Source: an uncultured bacterium
GTDB taxonomy: Bacteria > SAR324 > NAC60-12
DNA length: 64,000 nucleotides
Assembly (NCBI GenBank): GCA_965662235.1
Contig: CBFIGY010000011.1
Location: forward strand, 21,328-85,327
Reading direction: 5' to 3'
The translations under genes were made by a program, and so were the position numbers. The notes under the pieces were generated by a model. The model worked only from the letters and a program-made list of their open reading frames with translations. It was not told the origin of the DNA and ran no database searches. This document shows, piece by piece, positions 48,816 to 58,800 of the stretch. How positions within the stretch are numbered: the first letter of the stretch is position 1; each line of letters begins with the position of its first letter.

Positions 48816-49577
48816 TTACTCGCTCTTGCGGGCAATCCGTGAGACCCAGATGCTGATCTCGTAGAGGATCAGGAGCGGGCCTGCCATCAGCAGCTGGGTA
48901 AAGATGTCCGGGGGCGTCAGGATGGCAGCGGCAATGAAGATGATCACCAGTGCGTACTTGCGGTACTCCCGGAGGAAGTGATCGTTGAGCAGCCCCAGCC
49001 GAGTGAGGATGAAGGAAATCGTCGGGAGCTCAAACACGAGTCCGAATGCAAAGAGCAGGTGCACCGTCAAGGACAGGTAGGCTCCCATGCTCAGCGTCGG
49101 CAGTGTGACCTCGTTGATGAACCCGAGGAAGAAGTCGTAGCCGAAGGGCAGCACGACAAAGTACCCGAACAGCCCGCCACCGACAAAGAGGGGGTAGGAC
49201 AGCAGAATGAAGGGCCACACCGCCTTGCGCTCCTTGGCGTAAAGGGCCGGGCGGATGAAGAGCCAGATCTGTCCCAGCACAAACGGGAAGGTCAGGAACA
49301 GGGCCGCATAGAGTCCAATCTTCAGGTACGTGAAGAAGGGCTCCGTCAGTTCCAGGAAGTGCAACGGAATGTTGCGGGCTTCCAGCGGACGCCGGAAGAG
49401 GGTCAGGATGGGCTGGTTGAGGTTCATCTCGACATAGACGGCGGCGACAAACACAATCAGGATGGCAATGACCGATTGAACCAGCCGGGTTCTCAGCTCC
49501 GTGAGGTGGCTGGTGAGCGGCATGGGGACGTCATCCGGATTATGATCCGGGCTGGAACTGGGAGATGGGTGACTCAT
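48816..49577 (-). CDS. tatC: twin-arginine translocase subunit TatC
   Basis: Six TM segments and a canonical TatC N-terminus (MPLTSHLTELRTRLVQSVIAILIV). The true start may be the internal Met at 49523. Confidence 0.9.
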   Translation of the reverse strand: MSHPSPSSSPDHNPDDVPMPLTSHLTELRTRLVQSVIAILIVFVAAVYVEMNLNQPILTLFRRPLEARNIPLHFLELTEPFFTYLKIGLYAALFLTFPFVLGQIWLFIRPALYAKERKAVWPFILLSYPLFVGGGLFGYFVVLPFGYDFFLGFINEVTLPTLSMGAYLSLTVHLLFAFGLVFELPTISFILTRLGLLNDHFLREYRKYALVIIFIAAAILTPPDIFTQLLMAGPLLILYEISIWVSRIARKSE

Positions 49578-49624
49578 GGTTTTGGAACGGAGGCTAATAT
49601 GAAAAACAAAGCGAATCTTCTAAC

Positions 49625-52549
49625 ATGCTTTCCATGAAACTTCACGACAAACGTCACGGGGCCGGGGCCCTCTTTCTGCTGCTACTGCTGCTCAGCCTGT
49701 TCCCCAGCCTCCTTGGGGCTCAGGAGTCGGTCCCCTCGCGGGAAGTCTACCTGCTGTCTCAGACCTTCAAGGTGGCGAAGCCCCCGACGCTGGAGGCCCA
49801 GTTTTCCCTGAACGGACAAAACCTGGTGACGCTTTCAGGAAACCACCGCCTGGAGTTCTGGGTGCCGCAGAGCGCCAAGCGCCTGAAGGTGCTTCCGACC
49901 GGAGATCACCGGGCAACCCTGTTTGTGCAGCACCCCACGGAGCCGTTGCTGCTGACTGGTGGCGTGGACGATACGTTGCGGATCTGGAACCTAGAACGGG
50001 CCATGGAAACAGGCATCCTCCGGGGACACCTCTCGGCCATCACGGGCATGGTCCTGGATCCCACTGCGACAACAGCCGTTTCAGGGAGTGAAGACGGGAC
50101 CCTCATCTACTGGGATCTCACGGAGCGGAAGCTCATCAAGAAGATTGAGCAGGCCCACCGGGGCGCCATCCACGCCCTGGAGTTCCACCCGGGTGGAGAG
50201 ATGCTCGCGTCGGGCGGAGCTGATGGGATGATTCACCTCTGGAAGCTCCCGGACCTGACCCTGATCAAGACCCTGGAGGGCCACCTGGACGAAGTCACGC
50301 AGGTCCGCTTCACGCCCCTTGGGGAGAAGCTGATTTCGAGTTCAGCCGACCGGACCCTCAAGTTCTGGGACTGGAACACCGGGACCATCGAAAAGTCGAT
50401 TGAGCACCACCGCAAAGCCGTCACCGGTTTCGATCTGCACCCGGACCTGGGGCGATTGGTGTCTGCCAGTGCGGATGGCGGTGTCGCGATTTGGACCTTT
50501 CCGGAAGGCGAGCACGTCTTTGACCTGAAGTCGGTCGCGGGGCCGGTTTCGCAGATCCACTTTGATGCCAGTGGCAAGCGCCTCATTGCCGCTCTTTCTG
50601 AAGGACAGGTGCAGACGTGGGAGCTGGGAACCTCTTCCTTCTTGGCTTCCTTGACGGGGCACGAGCGTCCCGTGGACGCCCTCGCCTTCTCCCGGAATGG
50701 CAAGTACCTCGCCACGGCGTCTTCGGACAAAACCATTCGCTTCTGGGAGATGGAAAGCAACAAGATGGTGCGGCAGTACGTCACCGAGAACCATCGGGTG
50801 CAGTCCATGAGCTTCTCGCCAGACAGCAAGTACCTGTACACCGGCGGCGCAGACTCGACCATCCGGATCTGGAATGCTCAAGATGGGGCACAGGAGGCAC
50901 GGTTGGCCGCTCACAAGGGAAAGGTCAACGCCCTAGCGTTTCACCCGAATGGGAAGGTGCTGCTGACCGGTGGCTCGGACCACCAGTGGATGCTTTGGGA
51001 CCTCGAAACCAATGAAAACTACCGCGTCCAGAAGTCGCACCGAGACCAAGTGACCGCGGTGGATTTCTCTCCGGATGGTTCTCTGTTTGTCACGGCGAGC
51101 AACGACCGCACGGCGCAGATCTGGTCCTTTCCCAAAGGAGAGCCGCTGGGCGTCCTCCGTGGACACTCCCGGGGGCTCACGGATGTGGCATTTAGTCCTA
51201 CCGATCCCTTCATTGCCACCGCGTCACAGGACGGCACCCTGCGGCTCTGGGACATCACCGACCCGGAGGAACCGACCCTGCGGCTCATTCTGGAGGGGCA
51301 CAGTTACATCATCTCCCGGTTGTTTTTCTCCAAAAACGGGAAGGCCCTGGTTTCCATCTCCCGGGACAAAACCGTTCGGCTCTGGAGCGCGGTCAATGGA
51401 CAGATGATCCGCATCCTCAACGGAGAGAGCACCGCATTGACCAACGGTGCCCTCAGTCCGGACGGCTCCTTGATTGCGGTGACCAACCTGGCCAACACCG
51501 TGAGCCTGCTGGCGTACCCAGAGAACATCCCGGAACTCAAGGCACTTGAGGCGGCTCCGGTGGCCAGCGCCGAGGCAGGCTCGGTACCGGCGGCAGAGGC
51601 GGCTCCGGTTGCGCTGGAACCCATTTCCCTGAGTGACCCCGTCCGGAACCTTTCGGACCTGACGGTTGCGAATGTGCAGATGACTCCGGAGGAGATGCAG
51701 GTGTATGCGGTACCCGTGGTGCCGCCTCCTTCCACACGGGGAGAGGAGCTGCAGCAGGAGCTGGACCGGCTCCTGAAGCAGCAGGTGTGTCAGGAGCTGA
51801 GCCCGCTGGAACAGGTGGCGTTGGAGCTGTTGACGTACTATCCGGATGAAATGGCGGCCTACCATGCGCTCCTCAAGGCGGCGCTCCTTCGCGGTGACCT
51901 GCCCCTGGCTCAACTGCTGGTGTACGTCGGCAACGAAGCACGGTTCCGGGTGAACCGGTTTGACTATGCCACCGAGCTGACGGTCCGGAACACCTTTGAC
52001 ACGTGGAAGAGCACCGTCTTTGATCAAACTTCCCCTCGGCAGGGCAAGCCCATGGAGTTTCGGCTCCGGAACTGCCAGGGGCAGGAGCAGGTGCTGACGC
52101 TTCCGGAAGACCTGCAGACCCTGCGGGTGCCTCAGGAGTTCATCCAGAAGCTGAACTCCATTCCGCGCATCATCGACTTCCGGGACTTCCGGAACATGCC
52201 GCTTGAGGAGTTCCTCAACCGCTTCCACCGGGAAGTGGAGCGGGTGCTGCAGACCGATCAGCCTCTGCCACTGGCACGCCTGCCTCGGCCCCTTTCTCAA
52301 CCGGTGGAACCCCAGGAAACGGGGTTACTGGACCTGAACCTGGAGCGGACGACGTCTTGGAAGAATGGCGGTAATGTTCCCTTCCGGCTCCGTCGGGCCA
52401 CCCAGCCGTGGCAGTCGTACGTCACCGACCGGGACAACCGGTTGCTGCTGCAGCTGCCAATTGGCAACTACTCCCTGCAGGTCGGAACCACCATTAGCAG
52501 TGCCTTCCGTATAGAACCCGGCATCACCACTACTCCGATCCTCAAGTAA
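49625..52549 (+). CDS. secreted WD40-repeat protein (about 14 blades, two beta-propellers) with a C-terminal ~350-aa domain of unknown function
   Basis: Signal peptide MKLHDKRHGAGALFLLLLLLSLFPSLLGAQE. Fourteen roughly 40-aa repeats with GH...WD/WN dipeptides (e.g. RGHLSAITGMVLDP...SEDGTLIYWDL). Residues ~620-974 have no repeats and no recognisable motif. Confidence 0.85.
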   Translation: MLSMKLHDKRHGAGALFLLLLLLSLFPSLLGAQESVPSREVYLLSQTFKVAKPPTLEAQFSLNGQNLVTLSGNHRLEFWVPQSAKRLKVLPTGDHRATLFVQHPTEPLLLTGGVDDTLRIWNLERAMETGILRGHLSAITGMVLDPTATTAVSGSEDGTLIYWDLTERKLIKKIEQAHRGAIHALEFHPGGEMLASGGADGMIHLWKLPDLTLIKTLEGHLDEVTQVRFTPLGEKLISSSADRTLKFWDWNTGTIEKSIEHHRKAVTGFDLHPDLGRLVSASADGGVAIWTFPEGEHVFDLKSVAGPVSQIHFDASGKRLIAALSEGQVQTWELGTSSFLASLTGHERPVDALAFSRNGKYLATASSDKTIRFWEMESNKMVRQYVTENHRVQSMSFSPDSKYLYTGGADSTIRIWNAQDGAQEARLAAHKGKVNALAFHPNGKVLLTGGSDHQWMLWDLETNENYRVQKSHRDQVTAVDFSPDGSLFVTASNDRTAQIWSFPKGEPLGVLRGHSRGLTDVAFSPTDPFIATASQDGTLRLWDITDPEEPTLRLILEGHSYIISRLFFSKNGKALVSISRDKTVRLWSAVNGQMIRILNGESTALTNGALSPDGSLIAVTNLANTVSLLAYPENIPELKALEAAPVASAEAGSVPAAEAAPVALEPISLSDPVRNLSDLTVANVQMTPEEMQVYAVPVVPPPSTRGEELQQELDRLLKQQVCQELSPLEQVALELLTYYPDEMAAYHALLKAALLRGDLPLAQLLVYVGNEARFRVNRFDYATELTVRNTFDTWKSTVFDQTSPRQGKPMEFRLRNCQGQEQVLTLPEDLQTLRVPQEFIQKLNSIPRIIDFRDFRNMPLEEFLNRFHREVERVLQTDQPLPLARLPRPLSQPVEPQETGLLDLNLERTTSWKNGGNVPFRLRRATQPWQSYVTDRDNRLLLQLPIGNYSLQVGTTISSAFRIEPGITTTPILK

Positions 52550-52574
52550 CTCCCCCTCTGCCAATCCACAAAAG

Positions 52575-52612
52575 CGCTCCCTCTTCTGGGAGTGTTTGGT
52601 TTTTAATTTTTT
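52575..52612 (+). terminator. Rho-independent terminator of the WD40 gene
   Basis: GCTCCC-TCTTCT-GGGAGT hairpin followed by a GTTTGGTTTTTAATTTTTT U-tract, 26 nt after the stop. Confidence 0.6.
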
Positions 52613-52931
52613 AAATTAATATTATGTAAATTTAATGATCTCTTTTTCTTTGGAAAGAGGGCAAGAAACCGAGTTGAGAAGATGATGGAAAGGAAGCCTT
52701 GAGGCCGTAAAAAGGACGGGAGCCTGATTTGAACGGAGAACTGACCTACGGAGACGAGGCAGAGAGGAAGCCGGCATGAGGTCAAATCGAACCCGACAAT
52801 CGGAAGCTCCACGCTCCTTCTGGTGAGAAAGCGAGAGGGGTGAGGCGTCTGCCAGGAGGCGTTTTTCGGCACTTTTCGGTACAGGGAAGGCAGGCGCAAG
52901 CGGGGTGACCGGCTCGCGCCCGGAGGGCTCC

Positions 52932-53435
52932 TTATTCCTCGTCAGGGTCGAGAATGGAGTTGATGGCGGTGACAACGCGCATGGTGTCGAGGTTGTTGAG
53001 GGGAGCGTACACGAGGATGGCTTGCTTCTCCCGGTCAATGTTCACCGAGTCCTTCCCCATTTTCTCTTGCTCCGGTTGGGAGTTGATGAAGTAGCAGTAG
53101 GAGTTGTTGGGAAGTTCGGTGTCTGTCACCTTGACAAAGTCGTACTGACTGCCTTCGGGGATGACGTTGAGGCTATAGACGTGGTCGAAGCCTTCTCGGG
53201 TGAACTGCTTGAGGAACTTAACCACCTCCGGCTTTTGCTCCTGCTTGATGCGGTGCGAAAGCTGTGTGATCAGTTGTCCTTCTTTGTCACCGGTGTGGCG
53301 ACGGTCGGTGTTGGTGAAGATGCCCATTCCCTGGCGGAAGGGGTGAACGGCAGCCCAGAAGAGCTTCTCCATCAACTCTTCCCAGCGGTCGTGTGGGCAG
53401 AGGTGAACCTGCTTCAAGCGAGAGTCGTCAGACAT
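52932..53435 (-). CDS. hypothetical acidic protein of 167 aa
   Basis: High GC3 and protein-like composition on the minus strand. The overlapping plus-strand ORF 52905..53504 is Gly/Val/Leu-rich and typical of antisense. Acidic tail ILDPDEE. Second gene of a two-gene operon, 41 nt after the upstream gene. Confidence 0.55.
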   Translation of the reverse strand: MSDDSRLKQVHLCPHDRWEELMEKLFWAAVHPFRQGMGIFTNTDRRHTGDKEGQLITQLSHRIKQEQKPEVVKFLKQFTREGFDHVYSLNVIPEGSQYDFVKVTDTELPNNSYCYFINSQPEQEKMGKDSVNIDREKQAILVYAPLNNLDTMRVVTAINSILDPDEE

Positions 53436-53476
53436 GCGAATTTCCTGGTGCGGTGGAGAAAGAAGGAAGGCGGTGC

Positions 53477-54616
53477 TCAGCCTCCGGACGCTTTTACCAA
53501 CTGATTGATGGCACGGGCAACATGAGGGTCATCGGAACGTCCCCGCAGCGCCTCAACGGATTTCTTGGAGAGGGTGCTCAGGCTTTCCGGAATCGCCTCT
53601 CCGCTGCGCTTGACCTGCACCAGCGCTTTGGTGCACAGCGACGCCAATTGCAGCAGGCACCCGGTCTCAAAGCCGGGCTTGGGAGAGACGCCAATGTTGT
53701 CCGCGTTCTGTTGAGAGAACTGCAGGGCCTCCTGGATCAACTTGGAGGTCTGCTCGGTCAGTTCCGGTTTCTTGAGAAACCGGTTCTGTAGCTGAATGAC
53801 CTCAATGTCAACGCGACGGTACTCGGCTTCATGGAAGTTAGCGAGTAGGGACTTCTTGTCCGCGCTCTTGATGGCATCGAGGAGCTGCTGCTGCTGCTCA
53901 CGGAGCAACGGAAGGATGGCAAAGAGCTGCAGGAGGTGGTCGATCTGCTGCTGCAGGTCCGTGCTGGGTTTCCCGCCAAAGGCGATTTCCTTGTACTTGA
54001 GAACCACAGAGCCGTTGTTGCTGTTGACCTTGAGGACGTGGATCAGTTCCGCAAGGAAGGAGCGGCCATTCCGGACCTGCTGAAGCTGGTCCTTGACGCG
54101 TTCGTCGCGGTCGGCTTCCACCACCAAGCGCATCTCATCGTCCTTCAGGGCCTCATAGAGCGCCGAGAGCAGGCGGTTTTGCATGAGGGCCGCAAGGTAG
54201 AGAGACGGCTGCCGAGCCTGGGTGGGGTCGAGGTTATTGACGTGGGCCAGCAGGGTGGCATCCATCAGCGCCGCGACGTTCCCCTTAATCGAGCTTCCGG
54301 AGAACATCAGCAGCATCTCGGTCCGGGTGTCCAGTGCCCAAGGATCGTTGATCAGGTGCCGGGCAAGGTCCTGAGCATCGGCTCCGAGTGCCTCTGCGAG
54401 TCGCAGGCCTGCGGCATCCGGACCGGAGGCTTCCGGGAGGGGCTTTTGTGAGAGACTTTGTCCCACACCCTTGAGGGCCGAGCTGACAATGGTCCGGCGC
54501 TTGGCAGAGTTGAACTGCGTCTTGGGCTGTTGAAACAGGCGTCCCATCACGGTGAGGATCCCAAACGGGTCCCCATAGATGGGCAACTCTCGTACGCGAA
54601 TATCCGTCAGTGACAT
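53477..54616 (-). CDS. hypothetical protein of 379 aa
   Basis: Normal amino-acid composition. Central Gln-rich predicted helical region (...LLREQQQQLLDAIKSADKK...). No TM segment, signal peptide or known catalytic motif. First gene of the two-gene operon. Confidence 0.6.
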   Translation of the reverse strand: MSLTDIRVRELPIYGDPFGILTVMGRLFQQPKTQFNSAKRRTIVSSALKGVGQSLSQKPLPEASGPDAAGLRLAEALGADAQDLARHLINDPWALDTRTEMLLMFSGSSIKGNVAALMDATLLAHVNNLDPTQARQPSLYLAALMQNRLLSALYEALKDDEMRLVVEADRDERVKDQLQQVRNGRSFLAELIHVLKVNSNNGSVVLKYKEIAFGGKPSTDLQQQIDHLLQLFAILPLLREQQQQLLDAIKSADKKSLLANFHEAEYRRVDIEVIQLQNRFLKKPELTEQTSKLIQEALQFSQQNADNIGVSPKPGFETGCLLQLASLCTKALVQVKRSGEAIPESLSTLSKKSVEALRGRSDDPHVARAINQLVKASGG

Positions 54617-54686
54617 GCGGTTGCTCTCAGAAAATCATGAAGGAAGCCGGGCAGCTTCCTGCCCATTGGAACCATGCCTAATCTAG

Positions 54687-55385
54687 TCAGAAAGCCGTGG
54701 CTTCGTCAACGAAAGAAGTGCTCAGTGAAATCAGGTGCCCGGTTTTGACATAAATCAGCGCCCCTTCCGCTTGCGTGTAGGGCGTGTGCTCGCTCAGGTG
54801 GGGAGAGCGGATCCAGGAGCCCTGAGGGTAGGCTCCCTGCTCATCGTAGAAAACGCCTTCTAGCACATAGATTTCCTCGCCTCCCCAGTGCTGGTGCCGG
54901 TGAAAACGGGTCTCTGGAGCCCAGCGAACCAGGGCCACGTGCTCCTGTTCGTGCTGATGCAACGGCAGTACCGTGACCCCAGGCACCAGCCCGGGGAACC
55001 ACTCCGCCTGAGTGGTGTCGGTCACACAGGGCGCCTGGTCGGTCTCGTCGAACTGATGGAGCTTGACGAAGATCAACGCCCCTTCCTCACCAATGAGAGG
55101 CGTGTGTGAGGTGCCAATCGGGTTCCGGACGTAGGTGCCAGCGGGATAGGCGCCGTGCTCATCGGCAAAGACCCCTTCTAGCACCAAAAACTCTTCCCCT
55201 CCGCCATGAGCATGAGGTGAGAACTGACTCTGAGGCGCATAGCGGACCAGAGAGGTCGCGCGCGCGACTTCTTCTCCCACGCGGTCGAGCATCATTCGGG
55301 TCACCCCTGGCATGGGAGAGGGGACCCACTGGTGGTCTTCCGGCCGGAGGACCACTCGTTCTTGGAAATTCGCATTCAGTCGCAT
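54687..55385 (-). CDS. ChrR-type double-cupin protein (Cupin_7 family; stand-alone, without the anti-sigma zinc domain)
   Basis: Two tandem copies of the ChrR-cupin pattern ...PGxxxxxHxHxGGEExxVLEGVFxDExGAYPxG(T/S)(Y/W)(V/I)R(N/S)PxxSxHTP. Start at MRLNANFQ (55385); the ORF-track version begins 27 codons earlier. Confidence 0.7.
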   Translation of the reverse strand: MRLNANFQERVVLRPEDHQWVPSPMPGVTRMMLDRVGEEVARATSLVRYAPQSQFSPHAHGGGEEFLVLEGVFADEHGAYPAGTYVRNPIGTSHTPLIGEEGALIFVKLHQFDETDQAPCVTDTTQAEWFPGLVPGVTVLPLHQHEQEHVALVRWAPETRFHRHQHWGGEEIYVLEGVFYDEQGAYPQGSWIRSPHLSEHTPYTQAEGALIYVKTGHLISLSTSFVDEATAF

Positions 55386-55681
55386 GGGCTCACTTGGGAC
55401 AAGGGCGCTGCCGGCAGCACCGTGCGTTCGTGCACCGTACGCCCTGACGTTACGGGAACGGATCAAAAAATTTCAGCTCTGCTCCAAGAGGCATCACAAC
55501 GGTCGGCTTCGAGAAGAAGAACGGCAGGGCTTCATTGTTTCAGGAAAAAAATGTGCCCCTCAAGGCAAAACGAAATCTAAGGGAAATCGAGGCTTCAGGG
55601 ACAAATTACGGAAGCCGTTTGGGGGACGAGACCGGACACGTTTGGGGAAAGGCTTCTGTCAGGAGTCCCCTTGAAACTCAG

Positions 55682-55735
55682 GGTTACCGGAAAAGCAATT
55701 GTTGACTGGGTCACAATTTAGGCTAAGGTTACCGG
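55682..55735. promoter_or_regulatory. symmetric operator-like element upstream of the PAS kinase gene
   Basis: GGTTACCGG (55682..55690), then the imperfect palindrome AATTGTTGACTGGGTCACAATT (55697..55718), then a second GGTTACCGG (55727..55735). A TTGACT -35-like hexamer lies about 45 nt further downstream. Confidence 0.4.
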
Positions 55736-55811
55736 TTGCGTGTCCCTGTAATGGGTCAAGTTGAATGGTGCACGAACTTTCTGCGTTGACTGCTAATCGC
55801 CTTCTGTCCTG

Positions 55812-58800
55812 ATGCCTTCCGTCCGCCCTCCATTATGGATCTTCACGCATTCCCCCCTCCCGGATCCTCCTGAAGCGTCAACACGAGTGCTGAGTCTGGA
55901 GCAGCTGCAGGCCGCTTGGAGCGTCGCTGCGGTTCCGGTGATGATCACGCGCTTGTCCGACGGGCAGGTGCGTTACGCCAATGAGCGCGCCGCACAGCTG
56001 CTGGAGACCTCTGTGGCCGAGCTCACAGGCCAGATCATCATGACCTACTATGACCCTGCGGAGGATCGTCAGCAGGTGCTCCAGGACCTGCGGGAACAGG
56101 GGCTGCTGGAAAATCGACGGATCCGGGGGCGCACCCGAACAGGGGCTCTTTTGGTGGTCCGGGCCAATTTGCAGCTGGTGCAGTTCGATGGAGAAGACTG
56201 CAGCCTCTCCACGTATCAGGACGTGACCGAAGAAGAGGAGACGAACAGGCTCCTGATTCGGGAGCATGCGTTGCTGTCGTTGGCGAATTCCGGGGCGCGC
56301 CTGAGTTGCTGGTCCTGGAACCCGAAGACCGACGCGGTTTGGTGGAACGATTACCATTACGATCTGTTTGAGATTCCTCGAGGAACGCAGGTGACCCCAA
56401 GCCTGTTTCTGGAACGGGTCTCTGCTTTAGATCGGGCACGGGTGGCGCAGGCGCAGCGAACACCTCTGACGCACACCACGTCCATTGAGTTTGAACTCGA
56501 CCTCCCCAGCGGCACCCGGCGCGTGATCCGTGACCATGCTCGCTTTCTTGAAGTGGACGGGGAGCAGTTGATTCTGGGAACCAGCCAAGACATCACTCCG
56601 GACGTGGAGGCGCAGGAGCAGTTGGCCGAAAAGCTGAAGCTGATGCAGATGGCTTCGGAACTCGCCAAACTGGGAACCTGGTCTCAGTTGGAAGGGTGGA
56701 ACGAGGAATGGGATCCGGCGATGCGTCACCTGCTGCAGGTTCAAGCAGAGGAGCCCACAAACTTTCAGAAGCTGATGGAGCGCTTTCACCCTGAAAACGC
56801 GGAGGAACAGAAAATCCGTATTCAGGACGCCGACAAACAGGCTCGAGCCGGACACACGGTGACCGGCGTTTACCGGTTCCTGATGCCAGATGGGACGGAA
56901 CGGTTCATTCGGGACTACGTGTCGGCTTACCAAAAAAACGGAAGCTCCCACCTGCTTGGTGTCATTCAGGATGTCACTGAGGCGGAGCAGACCCGCCGGG
57001 CCCTGCAGGAGGGCTTGGAAATGCGCCGCCTGGCGAGCGAAGGGGTGCGGCTCTGTCACTGGCACTGGGAGGTTGAGCGGAATCAATCCTGGTGGGATGA
57101 CCTGCACTATGAGCTCTTTGAGGTAACGCTGGGAACGCCGATTTCAGCAGAGCTTTTTCTGAGTCGGGTCCACCCTCAGGACCGGGAGCGGGTGAAGGGA
57201 GAGATGCGCTGCACGGACTCGGACCAGGTCCATCAGCTGGAGTACGAGCTTGCTTTGCCCAGCGGCACTCGCCGGGTGATCCGGGACTACTCCCGCTTCC
57301 TGCAGATCGGAGGACGGTGGAAGGTGATTGGAGCCAGCCTGGATGTGACGGCTGACGTGCTGCTGCGGGAAGCTCTGGAGGAAAAGCTGGCGCTGATGAA
57401 CCTGGCTTCCGACCTGGCGCAGATGGGGTTCTGGGCAGAAAGAGAAGGGGGTGAGGAGTGGTGGAGCGACTCCATGAAGGAGCTGATGCAGCTGAAAGAG
57501 GGAGAGCCTCAGCAGCTGTCCACCTATCAGAATCGCTTCCATCCGGACTTCTGGCGCCAGCAGGATCAAGCCTTGGTACGTGCCGATCAGCAGGCCCGCA
57601 GGGGCAAGCGGTCTTCCACCCTTTATCAGTTTCAGCTGCCTGATCAATCGGAGCGCCTGATGCGCGGATACGTGGGGCCACGAAACGACTCCGGTTACCT
57701 GATTGGGGTCGTGCAGGATGTCACTGAGCCGGAGCGTCAGCGAGACCAGTTGGAGCAGGAGCTGGAGCTGCACCGGATTGCCAACCATGCTGCCCAGATG
57801 GGGTACTTCCGGAGGAACCTGCAGACCAATGAAACGTGGATGGACGATTACCTGCTGCAGCTGTTTGAGATGGAAGCTGACGGGTGGTTTGACTCCGATC
57901 AGGTCTGGGATCGCTTGAGCCCGGAGTCCCTTTCTCGACTCCTCAAGGCCCGAGATGAGGTGGTGCGTTCGGGCAAAACCGAGGTGGAGTTGGAGTTGAG
58001 GCTTCCCAGCGGTGAGCAGCGGTGGCTCCGGTCACACCAGCAACTCTACCAAGAGAAGGGACGCCACTGGATCCTTGGCGTGAGCCAGGAGGTGACGGAG
58101 TCGGTCAAGATGTGGGAAGTGATTCGCCAGAATGAACGGCTGTATGCAGTGGGGCAACTGGCCGCAGCGGTGAACCACGACCTGCGACAGCCCCTGGCAA
58201 TCCTCAACATTGAACTGGGGCTGATGGGACGCAAGCTCCAGCAGAAGCCGTCTCAGGACCTGCAGAAGCACGTGGTGAATGCCCATACCGCCCTGCAGCA
58301 TGCAGGATCCATCATGGACCGCTCCTTGGGGATGACGGAGCAGCCACGGGAACTGAAGGCCTGCTGCCTGTCTGAAGTGGTGCTCCGCACCCTAGAGCTG
58401 ATGGAAACCCTGCTGAGGAAGCAGGAACTGGTGCCTCGCTTCATCAACCACTGGGAAGAATCCAGTGCCGAACCTCAGGTGCTGGTGCAGGCCACGGAGC
58501 TGATGCTGGTGCTGCAGAACCTGCTGATCAACGCCCGTGACGCTCTTGCGGCCCGGAGGCTTGAAGTCACAACCTTCGGGGGAGACGCGTTGCAGATCAA
58601 ACTGCAGCCCGTCAGCGCCCACCAGGTTCGGCTCAGTGTGGTGGACCAAGGAGTGGGCATTCCTGAAGAACTGCTGCCTGAGATCTTCAAGCCCCTTGTT
58701 TCGACCAAGCACGAGCACAAGAGCACGGGGCTGGGACTGGCCATCAGCCAGCGCATCATTCAGGATCACCAGGGGCGGATTTGGGCGGAACCCGGAACCC

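Noticed and set aside
51224-52300. 358-aa minus-strand ORF, and others antisense to the WD40 gene
   Set aside because: The WD40 repeats on the plus strand are unambiguous.
52640-52930. RNase P RNA, SRP RNA or tmRNA in the purine-rich tract
   Set aside because: There is no GGAAAGUCCGGGCUCC-like P4 sequence, no SRP domain-IV AGGUCCGGAAGGAAGCAGC match and no tag-peptide reading frame. Only loose GGAAAGGAAGCC similarity.
52905-53504. 199-aa plus-strand ORF
   Set aside because: It is Gly/Val/Glu-rich with repetitive VGV runs. The overlapping minus-strand 167-aa ORF has protein-like composition and is positioned as an operon partner, so the minus strand was chosen.
56427-57788. Three overlapping minus-strand ORFs (226, 235 and 214 aa)
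   Set aside because: They are antisense to the multi-PAS kinase gene.
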